Below, piece by piece: positions 1 to 9,853 of a stretch of DNA of 61,570 nt. A program made the position numbers and the translations under genes. Every line of letters starts with the position of its first letter. The first letter of the stretch is position 1. The notes beneath the pieces were generated by a model that had not been told where the DNA came from, did not search any database, and saw only the letters and a list, made by a program, of their open reading frames with translations. Source of the DNA: a virus (Duplodnaviria > Heunggongvirae > Uroviricota > Caudoviricetes); IMG/VR virus record IMGVR_UViG_3300022561_000002; one strand, 5' to 3'.

Positions 1-920
1 TTGTGTATAATAAAATTTTCTTTTATAGGGAAAAATATAAAAATTCTATTATATAAATCTTGGTTCATTAATATATAATCAGGCTTGAGGCCTTCCCGCA
101 GTTCGTACCAATCAATAGCAACTAGAATCTGCGCGTACTTGAATGAGTAATTTAACCCACCCTCTTCTTCCTTTGCGCGCTTCGTTAATTTATCGTAGTC
201 TTCTTTTAATTTCTGTTCTCTTTTTTTCTTTTGTTTTTGTATTTGAAGTCTTTCATTTTTTAGTTTATCTTCTTCATTAGAAGAAAATTTATCAATAAAA
301 CGATCCCATAGAATTTCATTCATTGCGGCTAGGTCATCAATAGTACCAGTATCACGTCTTTTACCTCTTGCTGGCTCTTCTTCTATCGGCATTTCAATAC
401 CCATATGGTATACCTTTTCTTCATCATATACTACTTCTGCTTGTTGCTTTTTTAATTCTTCTTGGTCTTTTTCATGGATAAAGCGATAAAATTCTTCTAT
501 CTTTGCTTCAACTAATTCCATTTTCTCGATTAGCTCATCCCTTTTATCTGGTCCTTGAATTGATACTTCCTCAATATTCACAACATCATTAAGTTTTTCC
601 TTACCAAATGCTGATTCCAGCAGTACTGAAGATGATACAAAATATCTTCCACCTTTTTGATAATTTTCGCATTGTTCTTTAAAATAACAAGCCACACAAC
701 CGATTATCTTACAATCTATGTTAACTTCGCCTATAGTTCTTAAGTGATGCGGTTTTTCTAATTCATATTCTTGTTCTTTGAAAATGACTTTAAGTGCGGG
801 AACGGTTCTTGACTCTAGTGGTATATATTTTACCAAAGTAGAGGAGTATTTAATACACGAATCTTCATTCGCACATAAACTACATCCTGGGGTATTGCTA
901 TGCTTGCCAAAACAGTTCAT
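1..920 (-). CDS. Hypothetical protein, 3'-partial (runs off window), Cys-rich N-terminal motifs
   Basis: Not in the ORF track. GGAGG RBS then ATG at 920; open to base 1 (MNCFGKHSNTPGCSLCANEDSC...CKIIGCVACYFKEQC...). Confidence 0.8.
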   Translation of the reverse strand, partial: MNCFGKHSNTPGCSLCANEDSCIKYSSTLVKYIPLESRTVPALKVIFKEQEYELEKPHHLRTIGEVNIDCKIIGCVACYFKEQCENYQKGGRYFVSSSVLLESAFGKEKLNDVVNIEEVSIQGPDKRDELIEKMELVEAKIEEFYRFIHEKDQEELKKQQAEVVYDEEKVYHMGIEMPIEEEPARGKRRDTGTIDDLAAMNEILWDRFIDKFSSNEEDKLKNERLQIQKQKKKREQKLKEDYDKLTKRAKEEEGGLNYSFKYAQILVAIDWYELREGLKPDYILMNQDLYNRIFIFFPIKENFIIH

Positions 921-923
921 ATT

Positions 924-1070
924 TTATTCCTCCTTCTTTGTGGATACTGCTTCTACATGGAAAAAAAGTGCAAAAAACACAATCCACCAATGCTCGAAGA
1001 CGATTGCTAAGAGTGTGAAACAAATCATCGTTATTGCGTTTCGAATTAGGACTATTGTGTTTACTTGCAT
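924..1070 (-). CDS. Small membrane protein (48 aa)
   Basis: AAGGAG RBS before MQVNT (start moved from 1124); hydrophobic helices. Confidence 0.7.
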   Translation of the reverse strand: MQVNTIVLIRNAITMICFTLLAIVFEHWWIVFFALFFHVEAVSTKKEE

Positions 1071-1075
1071 TTTTA

Positions 1076-1279
1076 TTATCCTCTCCTTGATTCGAATCCC
1101 TCGTCCTTTATACATTGTGGACATGGGTATATTGCGGGATGGCGGTTTCGATGAAAAAGTTGAACTTTATATTTCTTACATCGATGGTCTATATGTCTGC
1201 GCTCTGCGGCGTATATATAATTTTGGTCTGCTTCGTTGTAATCTATTTGGTAACAGTAATTACAATTTCTTTTATCCAT
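1076..1279 (-). CDS. Small Cys-rich hypothetical protein
   Basis: AAGGAG RBS; CxxC...C...CxxC pattern. Confidence 0.7.
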   Translation of the reverse strand: MDKRNCNYCYQIDYNEADQNYIYAAERRHIDHRCKKYKVQLFHRNRHPAIYPCPQCIKDEGFESRRG

Positions 1280-1283
1280 GCGG

Positions 1284-1424
1284 CTACTCCTTGTTTCCGT
1301 CTATAAGTAATAATATTGATGCTATGTATATAAATCCAGTAAGGATTAATCCATTTGTGTTATCCATAAAAGTGTTATATCCCATTAGACCTAATAGAAT
1401 TATTGTTGGTATTACTTTTATCAT
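1284..1424 (-). CDS. Small membrane protein (46 aa)
   Basis: Below the track cut-off. AGGAGG RBS; MIKVIPTIILLGLMG...LLLIDGNKE, two hydrophobic segments. Confidence 0.65.
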   Translation of the reverse strand: MIKVIPTIILLGLMGYNTFMDNTNGLILTGFIYIASILLLIDGNKE

Positions 1425-1435
1425 GCGGAAACCTC

Positions 1436-1753
1436 CTATCTATTTAAATACGTTCCGTTGTATTTTTTAGTGTTATTATTAATATTCTTCCAGTCCAAAA
1501 TTCCACCACATTCATGACAGCATTTTTGATTTTTAACAGTAGTACCACAATTATAACAATAGTTTCGTTTGTGGTTCATTTCCCATAAATCATTTTCGCC
1601 TATTACTAAATAACCATCTTCATCGAGGTATGGTACAAAATCTGTTTTGATTGGTTGAAGAGGATGGAGTACCTTTACTACTTTTGTAATTGGTCTTTTT
1701 AATAAAATTTTTATTAGTGATTCTAGGTATAATATATATTGGCTATCTTCCAT
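1436..1753 (-). CDS. Zinc-ribbon hypothetical protein
   Basis: CYNCG...CCHECG; AGGAG RBS. Confidence 0.7.
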   Translation of the reverse strand: MEDSQYILYLESLIKILLKRPITKVVKVLHPLQPIKTDFVPYLDEDGYLVIGENDLWEMNHKRNYCYNCGTTVKNQKCCHECGGILDWKNINNNTKKYNGTYLNR

Positions 1754-1765
1754 TTTCTTCTCCTA

Positions 1766-1924
1766 TCATGGGCCGAAATAAAATTGATAAAATTCTTCGG
1801 TTTTAGGTTCTATAAATATTTTTATATCAACGTCATTGTAGTGTCCTTCTGCCGTTCTGAATATATCTATATCATCAGGCAGGCTTGTAATATATTCAAT
1901 TAAACTTTCTTTAGCTGTTTTCAT
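1766..1924 (-). CDS. Hypothetical protein (52 aa)
   Basis: GGGAG RBS before MKTAKES (start moved from 2032). Confidence 0.6.
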   Translation of the reverse strand: MKTAKESLIEYITSLPDDIDIFRTAEGHYNDVDIKIFIEPKTEEFYQFYFGP

Positions 1925-1925
1925 A

Positions 1926-2180
1926 TTATAACTCCCATTCATGCGCTGGATCTGGAACAAAAGTAACTGAAGTTCTCCAATCATATCCGCTACCAGTTTG
2001 ACCATAGTTTGGATCTCCAACATGGTATACATCTGAACAAGATTCTACCAACCAACCTCCGAAGATTTTTGTTCTTCTATATGTAGTTGCATAATGATAG
2101 TTAGGCATTTCTTCCCAAATCATATCTGCGGGAGGGGTCTTCTTATTAGGTGTTTTTATTGTTAAAGTGTCTGCTCTCAT
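1926..2180 (-). CDS. Hypothetical protein
   Basis: Start at MRADT overlapping the upstream stop; tight packing. Confidence 0.65.
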   Translation of the reverse strand: MRADTLTIKTPNKKTPPADMIWEEMPNYHYATTYRRTKIFGGWLVESCSDVYHVGDPNYGQTGSGYDWRTSVTFVPDPAHEWEL

Positions 2181-2608
2181 TTTTCTATATCCCACTTCCT
2201 ATCGATTTCATTCCAATAATCTTCATTCTCTTTCGCACATTTATTAACTGAATAACATTCCTGTTCACATTTTAAATATCTACTTGATGTATTACTATTA
2301 AAAGGACAACCTCTTTTTCTCCAGCAGGCTTGTTTTGTCCCTACTTTATTATCATTATCTTTTCTCATTAAATCAACCATCTCTTCTAAAACGCAAAGAG
2401 TCATTGTCCTTGATTGTATTAAATAACAAACACGAGCATTACCACTTATATTACAATTAGTGCAACCAAAATCTTTGGCAGACATTTTAATTTGGCATTT
2501 CATAAGTTTTTGTAAATGTTCTAACGTTGTAATCCCTAGTGTGCCGTTAGGCTCACCACTAGCCTCAGCTAGTTCTTCGTGGGTGAGGTTTAATATATCA
2601 TCAATCAT
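2177..2608 (-). CDS. Cys-rich hypothetical protein
   Basis: ORF track; coupled to the carbamoyltransferase stop; several Cys clusters. Confidence 0.7.
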   Translation of the reverse strand: MIDDILNLTHEELAEASGEPNGTLGITTLEHLQKLMKCQIKMSAKDFGCTNCNISGNARVCYLIQSRTMTLCVLEEMVDLMRKDNDNKVGTKQACWRKRGCPFNSNTSSRYLKCEQECYSVNKCAKENEDYWNEIDRKWDIEK

Positions 2609-4292
2609 TTATAATATCTCCTTTTATGTATTCATTATTTAATACAAGTTTATTTTCATCTACAAAATAAACTGCATCTAAACAACTTTTCTCTAAAACT
2701 AATAAAGCATCATCTTTAGTTTGAACTAATGGCTCGCCAGCTAAATTAAAACTTGTATTTAGTAAAATTGGACATCCAGTAAGGTCATAAAATCTATTTA
2801 ATAAATCAAATATAAATCCATCTGATACCGTTTGCATTCTAGAAGTATTGTCTATATGTACTATTCCTGGTACCAAATTTTTAGTATTCTCCTTACAATC
2901 AAAATTAATTGTCATATATTCAGACTTACTTAAACCCATAGTATCAAAGTAATTTTTAAATTCATTTTCTAGTATAACTCCAGCAAAGGGTCTATACCAT
3001 TCCCTATTTTTTACTTTATTTATTAAATCTTTACAATCTATATTTCTTGCATCAAATAATATAGATCTATGACCTAACGCTCTTGGACCAGCCTCTGGAT
3101 TCCCCTCAAATATTGCTATACTTTTTTTATTAATTAACATTTGACAAATTTCATCTATAGATGAGTCTATTCCAATATCAAGTTCTTCTTTATTATTAAA
3201 GTAGTGATAAAAATTATCGTTCATTGATTCAAATGTATTTTTAGTATCTAACTCTATATATTTCATAATAGTAGCACCTATTGATATACCAGAGTCATCT
3301 GCAACTGGCTCAAAATAAAAATTAATATCTGGAAGTGATTTTATATAGTATTGGTTTGCTACAACGTTCAATCCGTAACCACCAACTATACAAATATTTT
3401 TTATACCAGTTTTTTTAATCTGTTCTTTTATTAAACTTAGTACCTCATTCTGTGTTTCTGTTTGTACGTGCTTTGCTTTATTAGCATAATATTGATAATT
3501 TTCTTTAGTGACTTCATTAGTTATTTTATCTTCTTCTTCAAAAAAACAAGTTTCTCTATAAAATGGAATATTATTATTTATTACTGAAAAATATAAATCA
3601 TTTGGAATATGTGAAATAAATAATGGTTCATAGTATTTATTATCTCCATAAGATGATAATCCCATTGTTTTTCCATTTTCTAATACGCTTTGTCCAATCT
3701 GAACGGTAGCTGCTTCATAAACTTTAACTATCCCATTTATACTATTTGCGTTAATAATAATATCACTGCCATAATAATTTTCTATATATTTTTTTATACT
3801 ACTCTTATTTGATTCTTGTCCGCTTATAATCCAAAAGTTTTTTTGAATTGTTTTTGATATGCCTAACTTTGAAAATATATAAATACTCTCTGCCTCTCTT
3901 GCAGCGGGAACACCATTAACAAAAAACATAGAACCATTTCTATCAATAACAAATACCAAACTTTCTGTAAATCCACTATTATAAAATGCTAAATTTGCAT
4001 GTAAAATATGGTGTTGTAAAATAGAATAATTTTCCATTTCAACTCCAAATGTTTTTTTTGTATATTCTCCATATAAGTAAGCTGAAGCTTCATCTCCATT
4101 TGTTGGAGTGATATATAAAATATGGTCTATTTTACCAAAATTTAATGACTTATATAGATCTAATGATGCGAAAGGTGCTTTGTCTCTTTTAATGCGACTT
4201 AGCCTTTCTTCTTTACAATAAAATTCAATTATACCATCATTTAATGAACAAATTGAACTATCATGAGCTATTGATATTGCTAATATTCTCAT
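2601..4292 (-). CDS. O-carbamoyltransferase, NodU/CmcH family (563 aa)
   Basis: AGGAG RBS before MRILAIS. Motifs HDSS, EERLSRIK, HHILHA, GKTMGLSSYG, GGYGLNVVAN, DDSGISIGA, EAGPRALGHRSIL, KNREWYRPFA, HIDNTSRMQTV, LLNTSFNLAGEPLV. Confidence 0.93.
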   Translation of the reverse strand: MRILAISIAHDSSICSLNDGIIEFYCKEERLSRIKRDKAPFASLDLYKSLNFGKIDHILYITPTNGDEASAYLYGEYTKKTFGVEMENYSILQHHILHANLAFYNSGFTESLVFVIDRNGSMFFVNGVPAAREAESIYIFSKLGISKTIQKNFWIISGQESNKSSIKKYIENYYGSDIIINANSINGIVKVYEAATVQIGQSVLENGKTMGLSSYGDNKYYEPLFISHIPNDLYFSVINNNIPFYRETCFFEEEDKITNEVTKENYQYYANKAKHVQTETQNEVLSLIKEQIKKTGIKNICIVGGYGLNVVANQYYIKSLPDINFYFEPVADDSGISIGATIMKYIELDTKNTFESMNDNFYHYFNNKEELDIGIDSSIDEICQMLINKKSIAIFEGNPEAGPRALGHRSILFDARNIDCKDLINKVKNREWYRPFAGVILENEFKNYFDTMGLSKSEYMTINFDCKENTKNLVPGIVHIDNTSRMQTVSDGFIFDLLNRFYDLTGCPILLNTSFNLAGEPLVQTKDDALLVLEKSCLDAVYFVDENKLVLNNEYIKGDIIND

Positions 4293-4293
4293 T

Positions 4294-4581
4294 TTATAAT
4301 ATCTCCTTTTTTGTTTTATCTTGTTCTTTTCTATAAGCAATTCGTTCATTAATAACTTCTTCTGTATATATATACTCATTATCAAGAGACGATATACCTT
4401 CAATTGTCTTATGTCTTCTTATTTTATTATTTTTAGTTCTTATTCTTTCGTGTAAATAATAATCAAATGAATCTTGATATTTATAAAACATGCGGCCAGC
4501 CCTAAAACCACTTTCAGCTTCTACATAAAAGGTATCAGTACCGTATTCATATTCATATGTAATTATGTATATTTTCTTCAT
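4294..4581 (-). CDS. Hypothetical protein
   Basis: AAGGAG RBS; first gene of the leftward unit. Confidence 0.75.
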   Translation of the reverse strand: MKKIYIITYEYEYGTDTFYVEAESGFRAGRMFYKYQDSFDYYLHERIRTKNNKIRRHKTIEGISSLDNEYIYTEEVINERIAYRKEQDKTKKEIL

Positions 4582-4619
4582 TTTCTAATTCTCCTTTTTT
4601 CTTTTTTATCTTATAGTAT

Positions 4620-4648
4620 ATTATAACAATATTTTACGAAATTGTCCA
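4620..4648 (-). promoter_or_regulatory. SigmaA-type promoter, leftward
   Basis: TGGACA-17 nt-TATAAT with TG extended -10. Confidence 0.75.
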
Positions 4649-4704
4649 ATTAAAATTTTCCGCATTAACATACGAATTCTTTTTGGTATTTGTCCATATA
4701 AAAT

Positions 4705-4733
4705 TTGACTTTACCCGAAAAATATTTTATAAT
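4705..4733 (+). promoter_or_regulatory. SigmaA-type promoter, rightward
   Basis: TTGACT-17 nt-TATAAT ahead of the AAGGAG RBS of 4758. Confidence 0.85.
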
Positions 4734-4757
4734 ATAAGTATAAGGAGTGATAAATAA

Positions 4758-5759
4758 ATGAAAATAAAATTAGATTATAAAATCCTCGATCTCCTAGAGA
4801 GAAAAAAAGTCGTTGATGAAATTTGTCTAGAATGCAGTGAAGAACTCTCTCCTAGAAACCTGGAAACCTTATCAGATTATTTAATAAGTGCTATTGAAAA
4901 AAGTGAAAGAAAACAAAAGAAAATATTAACTCAAAATAGAATGGCTACAGTAACTAAAAGAGAAACTTCCTTTGAGGGACTTACCTCAAAATTCGAAAAT
5001 GGTGAAGATGGTGTTTATCAGTTAATGAGAAGTGATAAGAACATGATTCTAACCCCAGCAATAAGTATCACCAAGAAAGATTTAGAAGAACTTCCGTTTT
5101 TACACCAAATAAGAGAATGTATACAATGGTTAAGAGCTTTACCAAATAGAAACTATATTGCGCAAGCGGCTATAGTGGATTTGTCTCAACAACAGTATAT
5201 GGTTAAAAATGCGTATAGAAAACCTATACAATTTAACTCATTAATGCCATCACAGAGAACAGACATTGAGTGGTCTGAATATGTAGATTTTAAAAACTGG
5301 CATCATGTTGCGGCCTTGCTTAAAAATTACTCAAAATTGAAAACAAAAACATCTGACGAGATAAATAATGATATGTACTGGATGCTTATTGACCTCGAGA
5401 ACATTATCGAAAATGTTATGCCTAACGATTATCCAATGCTTTACGATATTTTAGTCGCTAAAGTAGAGGAAATGCAAAACTTAGACGTACAAAAGATGTT
5501 AGAACAGAAATACGGAAAGACATACAGCGTCGAATATATTAGCAGTTTGTTTAATAATAAAATTCCGAAATTAATCGCAGAAGAGGCAGAGAAGGAAGAA
5601 CTTATATGGCACAATACGTTTATCGAAAAAGGTGAATGGAAGAAGTGCAATAGGTGTGGGCAAATCAAGTTATTAAATTCGAGATTTTTTTCAAAGAATA
5701 GTAGTAGTAAAAACGGATTTTATAGTATCTGTAAATGCTGCAGAAACAAACCAAAATAA
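4758..5759 (+). CDS. Phage hypothetical protein with C-terminal zinc finger
   Basis: CNRCG...FFSKN...GFYSICKCC; possible nucleic-acid binder. Confidence 0.7.
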   Translation: MKIKLDYKILDLLERKKVVDEICLECSEELSPRNLETLSDYLISAIEKSERKQKKILTQNRMATVTKRETSFEGLTSKFENGEDGVYQLMRSDKNMILTPAISITKKDLEELPFLHQIRECIQWLRALPNRNYIAQAAIVDLSQQQYMVKNAYRKPIQFNSLMPSQRTDIEWSEYVDFKNWHHVAALLKNYSKLKTKTSDEINNDMYWMLIDLENIIENVMPNDYPMLYDILVAKVEEMQNLDVQKMLEQKYGKTYSVEYISSLFNNKIPKLIAEEAEKEELIWHNTFIEKGEWKKCNRCGQIKLLNSRFFSKNSSSKNGFYSICKCCRNKPK

Positions 5760-5775
5760 GAAAGGTGCTGAACAA

Positions 5776-6984
5776 ATGTATATAATCGATACTAATGTAT
5801 TAATGTCAGTTAGCAACTATGATTTCCTTAAAGGTAAATTTAAGGATATGAGAATTCCCGTGGAGGTACTTTATGAATTAGACAATTTAAAAACAGCTGT
5901 TGGAGATAGAGGGTTCAAAGCACGTCGAGCAATAAGAGGAATAGATAAGAATTTCGATTCTTTTAAATTCTTGCAAAACACAGGAGACGATCGTAGCTAC
6001 TATAGTGTAGCGATGATGCCAGTTGATGATATTATTATTGGTTACTGCCAACAAAATCCAAAAGCAACTTTACTTACTAATGATATTAGTATGAAAATAA
6101 AAGCTGCGGCGCTTGGCATAAAGACAGAAACATGCAAGGAACCTGATACAATGCCTGAATCTTTAGTAGAAATCGAAATGACTAAAGATGAAATGAATTG
6201 TTTTAATGAACGCAAAGAAAATGAATGGGATGTGCTACCTGGTCAATATTTATCAATAATTGATAGAGATACACAAGAGGTTTGTAAATTAAAAAAATAC
6301 TTAGGCGGAGAATTCTGGGAAGAAGTTAAGCAAGGCGCGCAAATTAAAAATTATTTATTTGATATCACCAGCAAAGATGTATATCAAGATTGCGCTATTG
6401 ACTCACTAATCGAAGATGAATTTACTGTTATTGTCGGACCAGCCGGAACTGGGAAAACGCTATTATCATTAGGATATTGCCTAAAAATGATTAAAGACAC
6501 TGGATGTAAAGTACATATATTTGTAAATCCAGTTAAAACAAAAGACAGTGAACAACTTGGGTTCTACCCAGGAAGTAGAGACGAGAAACTGCTTCAAAAC
6601 TTCATTGGAAGTATCTTAACTAATAAGATTGGTGACATGACAGAAGTACATACTTTAATGGGAAATGGTTTTATAAATATATATCCATTTTCTGATATTA
6701 GAGGAATTGAGATTGCTGAAGGCGATATATTATATATTACAGAAGGACAAAATCTTTCTGTGGATTTAATTAAATTAGCTATTCAAAGATGTGCGGAAGG
6801 TAGTAAAATCATTATTGAGGGAGACCCATTCACTCAAGTTGATAAAGAATCTTTCCAAGATATGGGAAATGGATTAAAAAGAGTTATTAAAGTCTTTACT
6901 GGTACAGATGCTATTGATTTTAGTTATATTAAATTATCTAAAATATATAGATCCAAGATGGCAGACAAGGCTGAAGAATTATAA
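5776..6984 (+). CDS. phoH: PIN-PhoH fusion (PhoH2/YlaK-like)
   Basis: PIN: IIDTNV, VLYELD, DDIII, LLTND. PhoH: GPAGTGKT, DIRG, EGQN, EGDPFTQVD, YRS. Confidence 0.9.
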   Translation: MYIIDTNVLMSVSNYDFLKGKFKDMRIPVEVLYELDNLKTAVGDRGFKARRAIRGIDKNFDSFKFLQNTGDDRSYYSVAMMPVDDIIIGYCQQNPKATLLTNDISMKIKAAALGIKTETCKEPDTMPESLVEIEMTKDEMNCFNERKENEWDVLPGQYLSIIDRDTQEVCKLKKYLGGEFWEEVKQGAQIKNYLFDITSKDVYQDCAIDSLIEDEFTVIVGPAGTGKTLLSLGYCLKMIKDTGCKVHIFVNPVKTKDSEQLGFYPGSRDEKLLQNFIGSILTNKIGDMTEVHTLMGNGFINIYPFSDIRGIEIAEGDILYITEGQNLSVDLIKLAIQRCAEGSKIIIEGDPFTQVDKESFQDMGNGLKRVIKVFTGTDAIDFSYIKLSKIYRSKMADKAEEL

Positions 6985-7007
6985 AATAAAAAAGAGGTGT
7001 TATTTAT

Positions 7008-8228
7008 ATGGCAGAGGTACGAGATTTAGTTTGTACAAAATGTCGCAAACCAATGCATTTAGAGCAAAACTTTTATACTACAAAAGACAAAGAAACATAT
7101 CCGAATGGATATGTTGATGAGTGTAAAAAATGTTTTACTATGCATATTAATATTCGAGAAGCCTCTAGTTTCTTACCTTTATTAGAAAAGCTAGATATCC
7201 CATTCATTGATTATGAGTGGGATAAGCTAGTTGAGAAATATGGAAATAATCCAAAAACAACTTCAACCGCAATCTTCGGTAGGTATGTTGCAAAAATGAA
7301 ATTGCAACAATTCAATAAATATAAATTTGAAGATACTAAAAAATTTATGGAAGAAAAAGCGATAAAAGAACTACATGAAAAATCCTCAAAGTTATCACAG
7401 ATTAATAAATATCGTGATGCTATTGCTAATGGCGATGTAGTCGATAATATTGAAGATTTGGGATTGGATTTAAGTCTTTTATCAGAGGCGGAGATTAGAG
7501 AGTTGTTTATGGATCCGAAGGATATGTTTCAAATTAGCGAAAGCGAACTTCATATGCCGGAAGATGATTTAACAAGTGAAGATAAACAGTATTTACTAAA
7601 CCGTTGGGGCAGGACTTATACCATACCTGAATGTGTGAAATTAGAGAAATTGTGCAACGAAATGATGGAAAGTTATGATATAAGAACTGCTTCACATATA
7701 GATTATCTTTTAAAGATATGCCGAGTGTCTTTAAAAATTGACCAAGCTTTAGAGTGTAATGACATTGACGGATTTCAAAAAATGACGAAAGTTTATGACC
7801 TTCTGATGAAATCTGCGAAATTCACTGCGGCTCAGAATAAAGAAGCTTCTAATGATTATACTGATAGTATTGGTATTGTTGTTGGATTATGTGAAGAGAA
7901 TGGTTTTGTTCCTAAATATCACAGTGAGAGACAAGATATTGTTGATATGACTCTTGCTGATATGAATAATTATACTAAAAATTTAATTATGACTGAAATG
8001 AATTTAGGGAACATGATTGAAATTTATTTGCAGAAAATGATACAAGAAGAAAGTAAAGAAGAAGGCGAAATAGAAGAACTCGATGATGATATTATAATTA
8101 TTAAAAAAGATGAGGAAGCTGATTTCTTTAGTGATGAAGATTATGAAGAACTAAATGATATGGTTGATGATGAAATTGAAATGGACGAAGAAATGTTAAG
8201 AAAAAGTGGTGACTACTATGGCGAATAA
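7008..8228 (+). CDS. Zinc-finger protein, candidate terminase small subunit
   Basis: CTKC/CKKC, acidic C-tail, overlaps the start of the large terminase; function inferred from position. Confidence 0.5.
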   Translation: MAEVRDLVCTKCRKPMHLEQNFYTTKDKETYPNGYVDECKKCFTMHINIREASSFLPLLEKLDIPFIDYEWDKLVEKYGNNPKTTSTAIFGRYVAKMKLQQFNKYKFEDTKKFMEEKAIKELHEKSSKLSQINKYRDAIANGDVVDNIEDLGLDLSLLSEAEIRELFMDPKDMFQISESELHMPEDDLTSEDKQYLLNRWGRTYTIPECVKLEKLCNEMMESYDIRTASHIDYLLKICRVSLKIDQALECNDIDGFQKMTKVYDLLMKSAKFTAAQNKEASNDYTDSIGIVVGLCEENGFVPKYHSERQDIVDMTLADMNNYTKNLIMTEMNLGNMIEIYLQKMIQEESKEEGEIEELDDDIIIIKKDEEADFFSDEDYEELNDMVDDEIEMDEEMLRKSGDYYGE

Positions 8229-8825
8229 ATACGAATATAGTCCAGCTTTATTAAAAGCATTAACTAATAAAGATTATGTAATGAGTCCAAAGCTGTTAAA
8301 GGCTTTGGATATTGAAAAAAGTACACAGAAGATTGGGATCTCAGAAGAGCGTATTAAGGAGATATTACCTATATTTATAGAGTATGCTTCTTTTTGGCGT
8401 GAGTATCCCGATTTGTTTATTGATATGATATTGCCGAAAGGTTCTACCTTTGGTCTTTTCTTTTATCAGAGATTGTTTTTGCGTGCGGCGATCCGTCATA
8501 AATATTGTTATGCAACATTCCCTCGTGCGTTCTCTAAATCATTTTTGGCAGTTTTAGTATTAGTAATTAGATGTATCCTATACCCTGGCGCGAAGTTGTT
8601 CATAGTATCTGGTACCAAAGAACAGGGCGCTAGTATCGCAAAAGAAAAAATGGAAGAGTTGATGGAATTAATTCCAGCTCTTAAAAATGAAATTAATCTT
8701 AAAAAATGTTTGTTTGGTAAGGATTATGTAAGGATTGAATTTAAAAATGGTTCAAGACTTGACGTGGTTGCTGCTAGAGAGTCTACTAGAGGTGGACGTA
8801 GACATGGTGGATTAATGGAAGAGGT
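8206..8825 (+). CDS. terL: Terminase large subunit, exon 1 (ATPase)
   Basis: FYQR, RAFSKSF (Walker A-like), RGGRRHGGLMEE (Walker B). Start may be the ATG at 8218. Confidence 0.88.
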
Positions 8826-9853
8826 AAATAAAATTGCCTTAACACACCTTTTCCCTTTACTAAGGGGGTTAGCGAAAGCTAGCTAACGGGGAAATCTTAT
8901 TAGGTAAAGCTAAAGACAATCCCGTGGGAAGATTTGGACAAATTCTATTTATGATATTTATACAATTTTGAATATTAAATGAAGGTTAAAGTAATATTCA
9001 AAGGAGGTTAAATAATATGATTGGAATATATTGTTTCACAAATAAAATTAATAATAAAAAATATATTGGACAATCAATTAATATTGAAAAAAGATTTTTA
9101 GAACATTTTAATAATTCAAAAAATCCAAATGCTCATGGATATGATTCAAAATTTTATAGAGCCCTTAGAAAATATGGTGTCGATAGTTTTGAATTTGATA
9201 TTCTTGAAGAAGTTTCATTAGATCAACTAAACGAAAAAGAAACTTTTTATATAGGATATTATAACAGTTATAAAAATGGCTACAATAGTACATCGGATGC
9301 AAATAATGTAACCCAAAATGGTGAAGATCACCCAATGGCAAAAATTAGTGCTAATGATCTTTTAGAAATTAAATTATTGTTAAAAAATACTAATAAACTA
9401 CAATCAGAAATAGCCTTAATGTTTAATATAACTCAAAGTGAAATTTCTAATATTAACACAGGAAAAAGATGGGCTAATATTGGAAGCTATAAATACCCTA
9501 TTAGAGCTAATATTAAAAGAATTGGCGAAAATAGCAATAGAGCTATAATGACTGATGATGAAGTTTTGGAAATACGTAAAAGATATGTAACAGAAATCGG
9601 TAAACAAATATATGAAGATTATAAAGATAAATGTTCATATACAACCTTTGAAAGAATTTTAAGAGGAGTTACTTATCAAAACGTACCAATATATTATAAA
9701 ATAAAGAAACAGTGGTCTGAATAACCTGTATCGACTATTCGCTTAATAGCGAAGTACAATTACTATTAGTACGTAGTTGGAAAAGGGTGTGCAAATAACA
9801 TTTGGTTATTTGTAAGAGATAGTCAGTACTAGTAGAAATACTAGATAGATATG
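8826..9853 (+). mobile_element. Group I intron (IA-like) in terL
   Basis: 5' exon ends in U pairing with GCCUU (P1, U-G); terminal G 9853; P10 UAAAAUU/AAUUUUA; P3 8844-8854/9779-9790; P7 GACTAT 9733/ATAGTC 9819; P9 GAAA tetraloop. Splicing restores MEEV-ILIDGQRLNEV in frame. Confidence 0.92.
9017..9724 (+). CDS. Intron-encoded GIY-YIG homing endonuclease
   Basis: GIYCFTNKINNKKYIGQS...R..EH; C-terminal HTH-like motifs; own AAGGAGG RBS. Confidence 0.92.
   Translation: MIGIYCFTNKINNKKYIGQSINIEKRFLEHFNNSKNPNAHGYDSKFYRALRKYGVDSFEFDILEEVSLDQLNEKETFYIGYYNSYKNGYNSTSDANNVTQNGEDHPMAKISANDLLEIKLLLKNTNKLQSEIALMFNITQSEISNINTGKRWANIGSYKYPIRANIKRIGENSNRAIMTDDEVLEIRKRYVTEIGKQIYEDYKDKCSYTTFERILRGVTYQNVPIYYKIKKQWSE

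Noticed and set aside
778-1470. 230-aa plus-strand ORF
   Set aside because: Antisense shadow over several RBS-bearing minus-strand genes; no RBS.
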